A stretch of DNA of 64,000 nt, taken from NCBI GenBank assembly GCA_051362555.1, contig CM120641.1, forward strand, positions 2,294,001 to 2,358,000, read 5' to 3'. The position numbers and the translations under genes were made by a program. Origin of the DNA: Lingula anatina (lineage: Eukaryota; Animalia; Brachiopoda). This document shows positions 1 to 13,194 of this stretch, one piece after another (position 1 is the stretch's first letter; each line of letters begins with the position of its first letter). The notes under the pieces were generated by a model that was given only the letters and a program-made list of their open reading frames with translations, made no database searches and had not been told where the DNA came from.

Positions 1-278
1 TGATGTGTTTCAGGTCTTTCTTTTTTCATTCATTCATTCAGCTATTGGAAATTAAATGCGCATCCCAAATTCCCCAACTAAGAACTTATTCGACAACGAG
101 GAGAGGGAGAAAATGTTCAGATCATTGCTTTTAGTTGTTGGTTTTCAAAACGGCATTAAATAAAACGATTTAATTTACAAGTTGGGGCTGTAATTTTTGA
201 AAATTAAATCAAGGAGTACATTTTACTGGCAATAATTGATTATCAGAGAGCACTACACCCAAATAAGAATTTACGTAC

Positions 279-1494
279 CTATTTTGAAAGCAGCTTCATT
301 TTTGAAATCGCTTGTATCGGCAAAGGTGGCGACGGACAAAAGATAGTTTCCGTGAGAAATATATTTCTCTGGATTATACGCTGCCTCAAACGCCAAATAT
401 CCGGTAAACCAGGTGCCGTATCGAATTTTGAAGGTAGCGTCCTCGTAGAAAGTTTCTGGACTGTAAGATTCTGGATCGGTTCCCCAGAGATCTACGGCGT
501 TGGTGTCTGCGCGGTACCGGAAGAAGTGACCCGGTTTATCGTTGGACTCGATGGAAACAGTTCCTTCCTCTCCCGTCAATCCAGGTCGTAGGATTCGGAA
601 AGTCTTTTGGTCGTTCTGAAGGATTTTAGCTCTGTCAGAAGCGCTGGTATCGTATGAAAAGTAATATGTCGGGAAGTTCCTAGACTGGAGTTGTATATCT
701 GTGTATGCATATGCTGGAAGATTAAAACAGGTCGTTATTCGGGCTATATTATATGAAACACATCTCATTTGTATGGAAACAGTACTATATAAGAAGACAA
801 TAAAACATAACAGTGTTATTTATTCATGTAATAATTAAAGGATTAAGATACTTACACTTGTTAGTTATACTGCAACTTTGGGTGCTGCTGTCAAATCCAT
901 TCGCCTACAATCGACAAAAAATGTCTATAAACTATTTTAAACATATTAACTTATTTAGATTTTAATTAAAAGTTTAGTCTTTTTCTAAGTGTGATAATGA
1001 TAGTAATGTAAAGATGTTGCACAGGTTCGTTTTTAACATTTTCCAATGTTAAAATAACGAGTGTAGACAGTGAACCGTTCATTTTTCGAAAACAATAGAC
1101 TAGTATTTTAAAGATATTTAACGGCTGGTCATGGATAACTAGTTACATAAAACTTTGAGCATAAAAGTCAACAGATTAAAATAACCTTTTCATAGTATGC
1201 GTAGCCTTCTCTGGCTTCCATGTTATTTCCTCTCTTGTCCGCAGTCCTTGAATTCAACTCGCAAACTCGAGTCTTGTTATCAGACACATCTTCAAAGTTG
1301 AAGGAGAGGCATGCCGGCTCATCAAGGCATTTCAAAGAGCACTGGAGTCTGTTATAAACGTCGTGTGTGCTGAGAACGGAATACGCGAGCCGTACGTCTT
1401 TATCGCAGTTAGCGGGACGCTGTAAAAAACTCCCTTTGCTCCACCCAACGGAAAACAAAGAACACGCAAGAAGCAGACGGAGCGTTTCTGACAT
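279..1494 (-). CDS. Secreted PAN/Apple + AbfB(CBM42)-like protein, copy D; partial, exon 4 lies left of the window
   Basis: Exons 1494-1186 (signal peptide MSETLRLLLACSLFSVGWS, then PAN Cys pattern RLQCSLKCLDEPACLSFNF..CELN), 904-856 (49 bp) and 713-279 (435 bp; TVSIESNDKPGHFFRY..DATF..YISH, AbfB-like). Introns are GT-AG and exon sizes match the other three copies. Confidence 0.85.
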
Positions 1495-1894
1495 GTTGAA
1501 CGAATGTGATCCCTCAGTGCCTTCCTTTGCTGATTGCACAACGTTTTTATAAGTTTTTATACGTTGATTATCAGGACCTTAGTCATTAACGATGAGATTA
1601 ACGGGTCCTCGCCACTTAATTTTCTACGTAAGTTCCTTTAGTCTTGCGTTTGATTACTGGCTCTATTTACATTACAGTACTGAGATTTTGCTCACAACAT
1701 TTCGAAATGTATACTTTACATACTGGGTTTTGAAAGATTAAAATAAAAAAGTTATATCATTTATCAGGAACGTAATGTAGGATTGCGCGTAAGGTTCTTT
1801 TATCAATGTAGAAGGGATCACATGTTGTTCAGTGGCCAAGAAACAATTATGTTTCTTGTATTCGGATAACTAGCTTTTGAAACAAAAACGAATA

Positions 1895-4117
1895 AATTGA
1901 TGGAGGTGGCGTTATTGCAATGCCACATTATACAGTATAGAACTGTTAGACCTTCCATGACAAGCTTTTTGGAACCCTGTGTATGTATTATATACGGACA
2001 AGACGAAAAGAGAAGTAAAAAACGTACCAAAAGTGGATGTTAGATTATGTCATCTAATAAAAAGCTAACAGAGTATTTTTCTGGACGCAGCTACACAATT
2101 ATTAGAAGTGGTAGTGGGAAGTAGTGCCAGTGCCAACCTAGATGGCGCTGTTGATATAGGGATCTCGGGACAGTGTACTTACGTCCCTGCGTCACCCAAA
2201 TTTACTGTTTACAACATGGCCGGTGTCATGTGGACTTTTCATCCCCTATCACTTTCGCAACAACTAAGGTACTCATAATTATGCTAAGAAAGTATAGAGC
2301 GCCACATTTTGTTTCCTGATACACATAAACCCGAATTGTGTCCTTAAATGCTTTTCTTATATCGTCCACTTAAGTTGCGGTCGCTATGGCCTGGGTTCTA
2401 ATTTCGCTTGCAAAAAATTTTAATAAATCAAGTTGAACCAAGAGAGCATGTGTAAAGAGTTGAATCTCGATTGGAATGAACGTTTTTTCAGAATCCTTGG
2501 AATAGATTTCTCAGTAAATTTACATGAAATGATTGAGAAAAATTATAGAGAGAAACTCGAAGATATGGAAAGAACTATGAAACAATGGACTCACCGATCG
2601 CTAACAGTTTTGGGGAGAAATGTAATTTTTAAATCACTGATCCTTCCAAAAATGACTCATTTATTTTCCACATTGCCAATACCAAACAAATATGTAGACA
2701 AAATACAAAAAAATGTGCTTTAATTTCATATGGAATGGAAATATTGAAAGAGTAAAACGAGATATAATGACACAGTCGTACTCAAATGGAGGTATAAAAG
2801 TCCCCGATATTAGAAACTATATTGATTCCCTAAAAATTTCATGGCTCAGGAGAATCATGCACAAAAATTCAAAATGGTCTTTCTTTTTCCTTAGTCTGAT
2901 CCCTGAAAGTAAGGGTGTACACTGGTCTGAAATGGGAATATCTGAAATGCAAAAAATTAAGAACGGATCAAAAAATGCTTTTTGGAATCAAGTCATTGAT
3001 GCATGGTGCAGACTGTTAAAGAATAAAAAGATTGATACAAAAGAAAATTTTTTAAAAGAATGTTTATGGCTAAACGATAAAATACGGATAAAAAACAATC
3101 CTATTCTTATAAGAACCTGTAATAAAATAGGTATAAGAAACATAAATGACTTGATCGATACAGAGGGAAATTACCTCACATACCAACAGTTCAAGGAAAG
3201 GCACGGGAATATAATAAATTATGTTACGTTCACAAGTATACTATGCGCAGTAAAAAAATTTCAAAAACAAATGAATATAGACAATTTACACGAAAAAATT
3301 GAGCTCCCTATAATTTCAACCCAACTTAAATGGCTATTAAAATTTACAAAAGGGGGGAAACCTTTTTACAATATTTTGAACTCAAACGAAATGAAAAAGA
3401 CTAATGCAATGTCAAAATGGGAACTCCTTTCTAAAGAACCTCTCACAGCTGAAGAGTGGAAAATCTTGAATAACATTCCTTTCCAATGTACTTTAGATAC
3501 TAAACTGCGCTGGTTTCAATTTAGAGTATCAAAAAGAATTTTAGCTACAAATAATTTTTTACGAAAAATTGGGATAAAAGACACAGAGACCTGCTCCTTC
3601 TGTAACGAACACCCTGGAACTCTTCAACACTTATTTATTGAGTGCAAAGTAATTGCTCCCCTTTGGGCAAAAATACAAGACTGGATCCATTTAAAGACTG
3701 GACTTGTATTACAATTAACAGCATCTGATATAATTCTAGGAATTCCAAATTTGAAATGCAATGCGCTCAACTGTTTGCTGATCATAACAAAATTTATTAT
3801 ATATAAATTTAAAATGAAAAACATTACCCCGAACATAGAAAATATTAAAATAGAATGGAGACAGGCCTACATCGCAGAGAGAAATATAAGTCTGAGAAAC
3901 ATGACAATAGATAAATTTAATGAAAAATGGAAAAAGCTGCAGCCTCTCTTCCTGGACTGATATCTTCTATCTGCGTATGTTCCCCTGCCGATATTTGATA
4001 GTAAAACACATATTTGTTTTTATCTGTATTAGATCATATTATTTATTAAGTATTATTAAGTATTTTACTATTAGGTTATCAATATATCGTTGTTGACATA
4101 TATATTAAATGACACAG

Positions 4118-4168
<51 letters not shown>

Positions 4169-4382
4169 CAAATGACTGTCTCTTTGTGAGTGAGTGAGTG
4201 AGAGAGTGAGTGTGATTTTTATTTAGTTATTTATAAATTTTGTATTTTTTGCTGAAATCTGTACTTATTTGAGATATGCAATAAAAAAATAAAAAAAAAA
4301 AAAAGTATTCGTTTTTAATCATAATCATAATGTACTTATTTTAAAGCCGCTACACTGTGACAATGGCCAACCGACTACATTA
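1895..4382. other. Inverted intergenic segment relative to the homologous spacer of the other repeat units, with a LINE inserted in it
   Basis: 2137-2410 is the reverse complement of about 13735-14010. 4343-4381 is the reverse complement of about 7846-7890 and 13595-13635. About 1908-1925 is the reverse complement of about 14207-14224. The flanks are in direct orientation. Confidence 0.8.
2411..4304 (+). mobile_element. 5'-truncated L1/Tx1-like LINE (RT C-terminal region, zf-RVT, 3' UTR, poly(A))
   Basis: ORFs 2433-2723 and 2713-3960 join across an A7 run at 2707-2713. Motifs: LGIDF, W..RSLTVLGR..IFKSL, GGIKVPD, KISWL, CSFCNEHPGTLQHLFIEC. (TA)n at about 4122-4165, then AATAAA and an A-tail at about 4280-4304. 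Confidence 0.9.
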
Positions 4383-4799
4383 GCAAGCAAAATAGGCCTA
4401 TGTATTATCATCAATCAATTTACATCGTTATCTATAGATAACTGCCTGGTTGTCATTGGCCTACCAATTAAAAAATCGAAAAAAAAATCGATATGTTATT
4501 ATCCAATATAAAAGGTCACCATTATTAATAACAGTGTTAAGTACAGACAAGTCGATAAACGGTAGCTCTAAAAACTGAAAACTACAATAACCCAGACAAA
4601 TAAGTAAACTGTTTTGTTAAAAAGAGAGAAATGTCCATTAAAAGACAATGCAGCAATATTTGCAGACGATACTCAAATTTGCCTTTCGAGTAATGGCGTT
4701 GTTGGTAGCATTGCTGTGAATTTGATGTAGGCTTGTTATCACGAGATCCATTTTTAGATGATAAAAACATGCTGGCATGAACTGGTGGCAAGACTTTTT

Positions 4800-5007
4800 A
4801 TGCATATGTCAACAAGCCGACTGCGGTCATTAAAAGCAACCTCCACGCGCACTAAGAATAGTTTTTATCCATCAGCAGTACGTATTTTTAATGAACAAAA
4901 TGTATTTTAATAATTCCACTGTATCACATTTTATCGACAGATCATACCAATTTTCATTTTATATTTGTATAAATATGACAATGAATTATTATTATTATTA
5001 TTATTAT
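4800..5007 (+). mobile_element. 3' fragment of a Rex1/Babar-like LINE with an (ATT)n tail
   Basis: Translates ..TRTKNSFYPSAVRIFNE, typical of the RT C-terminal end of this group, and ends in (ATT)n. It is absent from the homologous site at 10725-10740. Confidence 0.6.
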
Positions 5008-5432
5008 TTGGTCTAAGTCAAAATCAATTGTACAAACTGCAACTAGTCCAAAGCTTGACAGCCAGGTTTGTTCCCAAAATGACAAGTGATAGTTGACAAT
5101 ACATAACACTGTCTTAAAAGCACTTAACATCTCGCATATTAGACAGAAAATATCATTCTAAGTTTTATGTATTATTTTAAAGAGCAAAAAAAAATATACA
5201 AATCAGGTCTTCAAACACACCAATCGAGTAAGATGCCGGCGAGTCGCTCATTGAAAACAGATGTCTTGTGAAAACGATATTTAAGAATACAACAATTTTA
5301 ATCATCAGGTCTGTGGTATGATCAAGATACATCAGATAACCTGAACGTCGGAGATAATACCGGAATATTAAGTCTCAATCTCAAGAGCAAACCATCCGTT
5401 GTGGCGAAAGTTAAAATCGAGAATATTCGTAC

Positions 5433-7456
5433 CTAAACAAAACGATACGCAGCATCAGCCGACGTATGAACATTATGGTGTAGGTACATACGATATCCCG
5501 TGTGGCGAAGATAGTAGTTAGACATCGTAGAAGCTTCCAGAGCAAACCATCCGCTGTATAAAATATCCTGCCTGATGATAAAGGTCGCTTCCTCATCAAA
5601 ATTCGAACTTCCTTGTGCTGGGGATGGTCGGTATTCAAGATTGGTGTAGGCCGAGTTAGAGATCTTGTACCGAAAGAACCAATGAGGCTTGTCAACAGAT
5701 TCGATGGACACCGTTCCCGCCACTCCGGTTAGACCGGGACTCCAAATGTTGAAGGTTTTGGAATCACCGCTAATAATGTAGCAGTAGTTGTTTCCATCGT
5801 AGGACAGATAATGTGACTGGTAGTTTTGGGACTGCATTCTAATGCCTGTGTAAAGATAGGTCGGAGCTGGAACTGTAAAAGGAAAAGCTAACTTTTAGGA
5901 AAGAAACTAAGCAAGTGTCCCTCATTCCCTTTCATTTCATCACTTTCGACTTTTTATAATTTTAGCCTAAAAAGAATCATGCCTTCAAAAGGAATTCTAG
6001 AATAAAATGTTTTGACGGTAAACCATTGGTCATAATATATCTTATCATTCCCTGATTGATTATTTCGAAAGCTAGGCGAAGGAGAAAATGTTCAAAATTA
6101 TGGTTTCGGTTGTTTATTTTGAAAACAATGCTAAAAACTTGATTTAATCTATAAGTTCGGGTTGTAATTTTTGTATATGTAAATTAGGAATTCGTTTTAC
6201 CGTCAATGATTAGTTAATAAAGACCACTTCACCTTAACAAATATTTACATACCTATTTTGAAAGCAGCGTTATTTTTGAAACCGCTTGTATCGGCAAAGG
6301 TGGCGACAGACAAAAGATAGTTTCCGTGAGAAATATATTTCTCTGGATTATACGCTGCCTCAAAAGCCAAATACCCGGTAAACCAGGTGCCATATCGAAT
6401 TTTGAAGGTAGCGTCCTCGTAGAAAGTTTCTGGACTGTAAGATTCTGGATCGGTTCCCCAGAGTTCTACGGCGTTGGTGTCTGCGCGGTACCGAAAGAAG
6501 TGACCCGGTTTATCGTTGGACTCGATGGAAACAGTTCCTTCCTCTCCCGTCAACCCAGGGCGTAGGAGTCTGAAAGTCTTTCTGTCGTCCAGAAGGATTT
6601 TAGCTCTGTCAGAAGCGCTGGTATCGTATGAAAAGTAATATGTCGGGAAGTTCCTAGACTGGAGTTGTATATTTGTGTATACATATGCTGGAAGATTAAA
6701 ACAGGTCGTTATTCGGGATATATTACATAAGAAACGTCTTATTTGTATGGATACAGTTCAATATAAGAAGACGATAAAACACGACAATGTTTTTATACAT
6801 GTAATAATTATAGGATTAAGCTACTTACACTTGTCAGTAATACTGCAACTTTGGATGCCTTTGCCAAATCCATCCGCCTACAATCGACAAAAGATTGGCT
6901 ATAAACTATTTAAACGCATATCGACTCGTTAAGATTTTAATAAAAGATGGTCTACCTGTATCCCTAAGGTTATAACGATAGTCATGTAAATATGTTTAAT
7001 CATTTGTTTTCATTTTTTTCGATCGAGCATAGAAAGTGAATTGTCAATTTCCAAAAACAGTAGACAAGAGAATATCTAAGATATTTGAATGACTGGATAA
7101 CTTGTTACAAAAATCATTGAATATAAATGTCAAAGAATTTAAATAACCTTTTCATAGTATGCGTAGCCTTCCTTCGCTTCCATATTATTTCCTCTCTTGT
7201 CCACAATCCTTGAATTCAACTCGCAAATTCGAGTCTTGTTATCAGACACATCTTCAAAGTTGAAGGAGAGGCATGCCGGATCCTCAAGGCATTTCAAGTA
7301 GCACTGGAGTCTGTTATAAACGTCGTGTGTGCTGAGAACGGAATACGCGAGCCGTACGTCTTTATCGCAGTTAGGAGGACGCTGCAAAAAACTCACTGTG
7401 CCCCACCCAACGGAAAAGACAGAACACACGAGAATCAGACGGAGCGTTTCAGACAT
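5433..7456 (-). CDS. Secreted PAN/Apple + 2x AbfB(CBM42)-like protein, copy C (410 aa)
   Basis: Exons 7456-7148 (309 bp), 6877-6829 (49), 6687-6253 (435) and 5872-5433 (440, ends TAG). All introns are GT-AG with phases 0,1,1, giving a 1233-nt open frame. Confidence 0.9.
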
Positions 7457-8159
7457 GTTGAATGAAGGTGATCCGCCAATGCCTTTCTTTGCCGATTGCG
7501 CGCTGCGACGTTTTTATACGTATCAGGACCTTAGTCATAAACGATAAGATTAACAGATCCCCGCCACTTTATTTTTCATTTAAGATTCGTTTAGTCTTGC
7601 GTTTGATTATTGGCTCTGTTCATAAAGCAGTATTGAGATTTCTCTCAAAATATTTTTATGAGTATACTTTACCTATATTGGGTTTTAATAGCTTAAATTC
7701 GAAACTTTTCTTGTTTTTTGAAGGACGTAAAACAGCATTGCACATAATGTCCCTTTATCGATATAGAAGGGATCACAATGGCAAAGAAACAATTATGTTT
7801 CTTGTATTCGGATAATTAGCTTTTGAAACCTTAACAAATAAAAAAATGTAGTCGATTGGCCATTGTCACAGTAAAGCGGCTACCAAATAAATCAGTAACC
7901 TTTTGACATGGTAAAACGGGCGAGGACGGATAAAAAGGAAACGTATATTTGGATAAAGACTAAAACAAAAATTCGATTTAACGTCAAGCGAAAATAGGAC
8001 CCAGGCCATAGAGACCGCAACTTAATTGGACGCTATAAGAAAAGCATTTAAGGACACGGTTTTATTTCAGTCAGGAAACAAAATTTGGCGCTCTTTACTT
8101 TCTTATCATTATTATGAGTACTTAAGTTGTTGCGAAAGTGATAGGGGTTGAAAAGTCCT

Positions 8160-9715
8160 TTACTTTTTGGCTTGAAACTTACAGAAATGATTAATTTTCA
8201 TAATACGCAGGTCAAGTTCGAAAATCAGCAGGATCATTTTCTAAAAAACTATGCTCTTTTTTTTGCGTTTATATGCAACACCGATAACACGATAAGTGGA
8301 AAACCAATTTACCTCTTAGCTTGAAACTTACAGAACTGATGAATGTTCATAATAAATCAGCATGATTGGGCCATTTTTTCAAAATTCATGCTGTTTTTTC
8401 GCCTTTTTCAGCATATATGCAACACTGATTACACATTTCAGGGAAAACTGATCAACCTATCGTTTTGAAATTCTCAGGAATGAACAGTCTTACTAAAATA
8501 CAGGCTGACTTCGAAAATCAGCTTGATTGGCTCAGTTTTGTTGAAGTTATGCCTTACTTCTGAATATGAGTGGGGTTTTCTCAGAATCAATTCTAAGGTA
8601 TGTTTACAGTCTCATAAACTAATCAGATATGTCAAAGTGTTCTTTTGACAATTTCTGCATCTTAACAACATTGTTAGTTGATAATATAACTATGATGGTA
8701 AACCTGTTATCGTGCATTGTGCAATAGAGTGTCAAAAATGTAAATAATCTCATATCATAGCAGTTTGTCAGATTCAATCACTCACTATGTTTAGAATCTT
8801 AGAATGGAGCCAATAGAGCATATAAAATTGTTCTGTTGATATTTTTCCTATTTCAACAATTTTCTTAGTTGATCATATAAAAATGACAGTAGATTGATTA
8901 TTTTGTAAAAAAGGTGTTGAAAATGGAAATAAACTCATTTCAGTACAGTTATCTCGTTTACCTTTTGGCATTTTCAAGGTTTGACTTTGATCTTTCATGG
9001 CTTTGAAGACTTTTGTTAGTCACATTTTCTGAATACCTATCATACTTTATCTTATTATTAAAAAGTTGATGGCCATTATGCTGTTAAGCATTATGTAATA
9101 TTGCATCAAAAATGAAGAAAACCCTAAAACCTTGTCACTTACTCTTCTTAAACTTACAGGAAGGAAACCCAGGACTAAAATGCAGCCTGGGTTGACAAAG
9201 CAGTCTAATTGGCTTCTTTTTCTGTTGTACATTTTTGTGAAATTGTTATCTTTCACATATTGGCTTTTTCAGTGTGGGGCTTGGAACTCCCACGGGCATG
9301 AAGCCCAGTGGTAATCAAATTTTGTACATGTTATTAAAAGAAGATAATTAAAAATTGGTGGTAATTATACAGTTAATCATTACGTAATATTGCATCAAAA
9401 TTGACAAAAAGCCTACTTTGTGCATTCAAACCCCGTCCGGGGACATACCAGTCCTTTATAAACGGTACCTGCTGTCTCCCCGCTTGGCACTCAGCACTAA
9501 GGGGTTGAAGCAGGGGCCTGGTCAGGCAGTGCAGAAATGATATATTAGCTATGAGCGCCTAATATGGCAGCCGAGCTGTATGCTCCCCAGGTAGGTGAGA
9601 CCGTCTACGGAGTGCACCAGTGTAAAAATGACCAGGCTTCCTTCACTTGAATATTTATATATAATTGTATAACTTCAACCTTCGGGTTGCGATTCTCCAA
9701 TAAAGATTATTATTA

Positions 9716-9763
<48 letters not shown>

Positions 9764-10140
9764 ACGTTATGACAAAAAGAAAACTGTGTTACTTATTATT
9801 TTTTTAACTCACAAGAATGATCCTTAGGATTGACATACACCTTAAATAAGAAAACCAGCTCTATTGGATTATCATTTTTTTTTTATTGAATTAATGCAAT
9901 TTTTTTGTGAAATATTCATTTTTGTCATTCTGGCAGTTTCTAAGTGTGAAGTCTAATGGGCCTGAAGCCTTATGCTTTTACTTGCATCAGTATTACATGG
10001 TGTGCAGAATTGAAATTTGATGTTGACTTTGCATTTAAGCATAATGCATTATTGCATCAAAATTGACAATATCCTTTTTTTGTGTATCATTTTTTATTGC
10101 TTTTTGTCTGTACATTTGACAGCTTTGCTGCCTTGTTATA
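8160..10140 (+). repeat. Insertion of the Helentron/HINE-like repeat family also found at 53.8-63.4 kb
   Basis: Shares acgcaggtcaagttcgaaaatcagc and the downstream modules with 53.8-63.4 kb. It replaces part of the spacer that is seen intact at about 13910-14110. Confidence 0.75.
9425..9760 (+). mobile_element. 5'-truncated tRNA-type SINE (Meta-SINE-like core) with an (ATT)n tail
   Basis: B-box-like ttcaaaccc, core ggtacctgctgtctccccgcttggcactcagca, AATAAA, then (ATT)n at about 9706-9760. Nested in the HINE-like repeat. Confidence 0.55.
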
Positions 10141-11160
10141 ATCTCGCTTTGACTTTTGGTATGCGTTATTTCTTTTGTCTTTTTTTCTTTGTATAATGCA
10201 TATACAGGGTTCCCAAATAACTTGTCACGAAAGATCTCCCAGTTTTAGACCCTATAAATTGGCATATGCATGGCATTAACGCCTCCATCGAATCGACCAA
10301 ATAGGCCTACGTTTACATCTATCTATAGATAACTGCCTGGTTGCTATTAGCCTACCAATTAAAAAATCGAAAAAAAATCGATATGTCATTATCCAATATT
10401 CAAGGCCACCATGAATTATACTCTCTTAATAACAATGTTAAGTATTGACGAGTCGATAAACGGTAGAAATAAAAACTGAAAACTACAAAGAAAAATGAAA
10501 AAATAAATAAATAAATAAAATTACCGACAACCATGTAAACTGTTTTGTCGCAAAGAAATATCTGTCAATTTAGAGGCTTAATGCGGCAATATTTGCAGAC
10601 GATACTCAGATTTGCATTTCGAGTCATTTCATTGCTGGTAGCATTGCTGCGAAGTTGATGGAAGCTTGTCCTCACGAGATCCATTTTAGATGATAAAAAA
10701 CATGAACTGGCATGAACTGATGTCCAGACTTTTTGGTCTGAGTCGAAACCAATTGAACAAACTGCATCTATTCTAAAACTTGACAGCAAGGTTTGTTACA
10801 AAGATGAAAAGTGATAGTTGACAACACATTACAAAGTCTTTAAAGCACTTAACAGCTCGCATATTAGACAGACAATATCACTGAAAGTTTTAGGTATTAT
10901 TTTAAAGAGAAGAAACCACAATATACAAATAAGGTCTTCAATCACGTCAATCGAGTAAGATGCCGGATAGTCACTCGTTGAAAACCGATATCTTGTGAAA
11001 ACGACATTAAAGGAAACGGTGATTTTAATCATCAGGTCTGTCTGCAGTATGATCAAGATACATCAGATAACCTGAACGTCGGAGATGATACCCGAATATT
11101 AAGTCTCAGCCTCCAGACAAACCACCCGTTGTGGCGAAAGTTAATCGAAAATATTCGTAC

Positions 11161-13194
11161 CTAAACAAACCGGTAGGCAGCAGAAGCCGACGTATGAACA
11201 TTATGGTGTAGGTACATACGATAATTTGAATGGCGAAGATAGTAGTTAGACATCGTAGAAGCTTCCAGAGCAAACCAACCGGTGTGTAAAATGTCCTGCC
11301 TGATGATAAAGGTCGCCTCCTCATCAAAATTCGAACTGCCTTGTGCTGGGGATGGTCGGTATTCAAGATTGGCGTAGGCCGAGTTAGAGATCTTGTACCG
11401 AAAGAACCAATGAGGCTTGTCAACGGATTCGATGGACACCGTTCCCGCCACTCCGGTTAGACCGGGACTCCAAATGTTGAAGGTTTTGGAATCACCGTTG
11501 ATAATATGGCAGTAGTTGTTGCCATCGTAGGACAGATAATATGACTGGAGGTTTTGAGACTGTATTCTAACGCCTGTGTAAAGATAGGTTGGAGCTGGAA
11601 CTGTAAAAGGAAAGGTTAACTTTTAGAAAAGAAACTAAGCAAGTGTCCCTTATTCCCTTTCATTTCATCACTGTCGACTTTTTATCATTTTAGCCTAAAA
11701 AGAATCATGCCTTCAAAAGGAATTCTAGAATAAAATGTATTGACGGTAAACCATTGGTCACAATATATCTTATCATTCCCCAATTGATTATTTCGACAGC
11801 TAGGCGAACGAGAAAATTCAAAATTTTGGCTTCGGTTATTTAATTTGAAAACAATGATAAATAAAACATGACTTAATCTATAAGTCGGAGTTGCAATTTT
11901 TGTAAATGTAAATTAAAATTAGGAATACGTTTTACCGTCAATGATTAGTTAATAAAGACCACTTCCCCTTAATAAATTTTTACATACCTATTTTGAAAGC
12001 AGCGTTATTTTTAAAACCGCTTGTATCGGCAAAGGTGGCGACAGACAAAAGATAGTTTCCGTGAGAAATATATTTCCCTGGATTATACGCTGCCTCAAAC
12101 GCCAAATACCCGGTAAACCAGGTGCCGTATCGAATTTTGAAGGTAGCGTCCTCGTAGAAAGTTTCTGGACTGTAAGTTTGCGGATCGGTTCCCCAGAGAT
12201 CTACGGCGTTGGTGTCTGCGCGGTACCGGAAGAAGTGACCCGGTTTATCGTTGGACTCGATGGAAACAGTTCCTTCCTCTCCCGTCAATCCAGGTCGTAA
12301 GAGTCTGAAAGTCTTTCTGTCGTCCAGAAGAATTTTAGCTCTGTCAGAAGCGCTGGTGTCGTATGAAAAGTAATATGTCGGGAAGTTCCTAGACTGGAGT
12401 TGTATATTTGTGTATACATATGCTGGAAGATTAAAACAGGTCGTTATTCGGGATATATCACATAAGAAACGTATCATTTGTATGGATACAGTTCAACATA
12501 AGAAGACGATAAAACATGACAATGTTTTTTATACATGTAATAATTATAGGATTAAGCTACTTACACTTGTCAGTAATACTGCAACTTTGGATGCCTTTGC
12601 CAAATCCATCCGCCTACAATCGACAAAAGATTGGCTATAAACTATTTAAACGCATATCAACTCGTTAAGATTTTAATAAAAGATGGTCTACATGCATCCC
12701 TAAGCGTTATAACGATAGTAATGTAAAGATGTTTAACTCATTCGTTTTCATTTTTCCGATCGAGTATAGAAAGTGAATTGTTGATTTCCAAAAACAATAG
12801 ACAAGAGAATATCTAAGATATTTTGAATGGCGGGATAACTTGTTATATAAATCATTGAATATAAAAGTCAACGAATTTAAATAACCTTTTCATAGTATGC
12901 ATAGCCTTCCCTCGCTTCCATGTTATTTCCTCTCTTGTCCACAATCCTTAAATTCAACTCGCAAACTCGAGTCTTGTTATCAGACACATCTTCAAAGTTG
13001 AAGGAGAGGCATGCCGGCTCATCAAGACATTTCAAGTAGCACTGGAGTCTGTTATAAACGTTGTGTGTGCTGAGAACGGAATACGCCAGTCGTACGTCTT
13101 TATCGCAGTTAGGAGGACGCTGTAAAAACCTCACTGTGCCCCACCCAACGGAAAAGACAGAACACACGAGAATCAGACGGAGTGTTTCAGACAT
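11161..13194 (-). CDS. Secreted PAN/Apple + 2x AbfB(CBM42)-like protein, copy B (410 aa)
   Basis: Exons 13194-12886, 12613-12565, 12422-11988 and 11600-11161. GT-AG introns, with the same exon sizes and phases as copy C. Confidence 0.9.
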
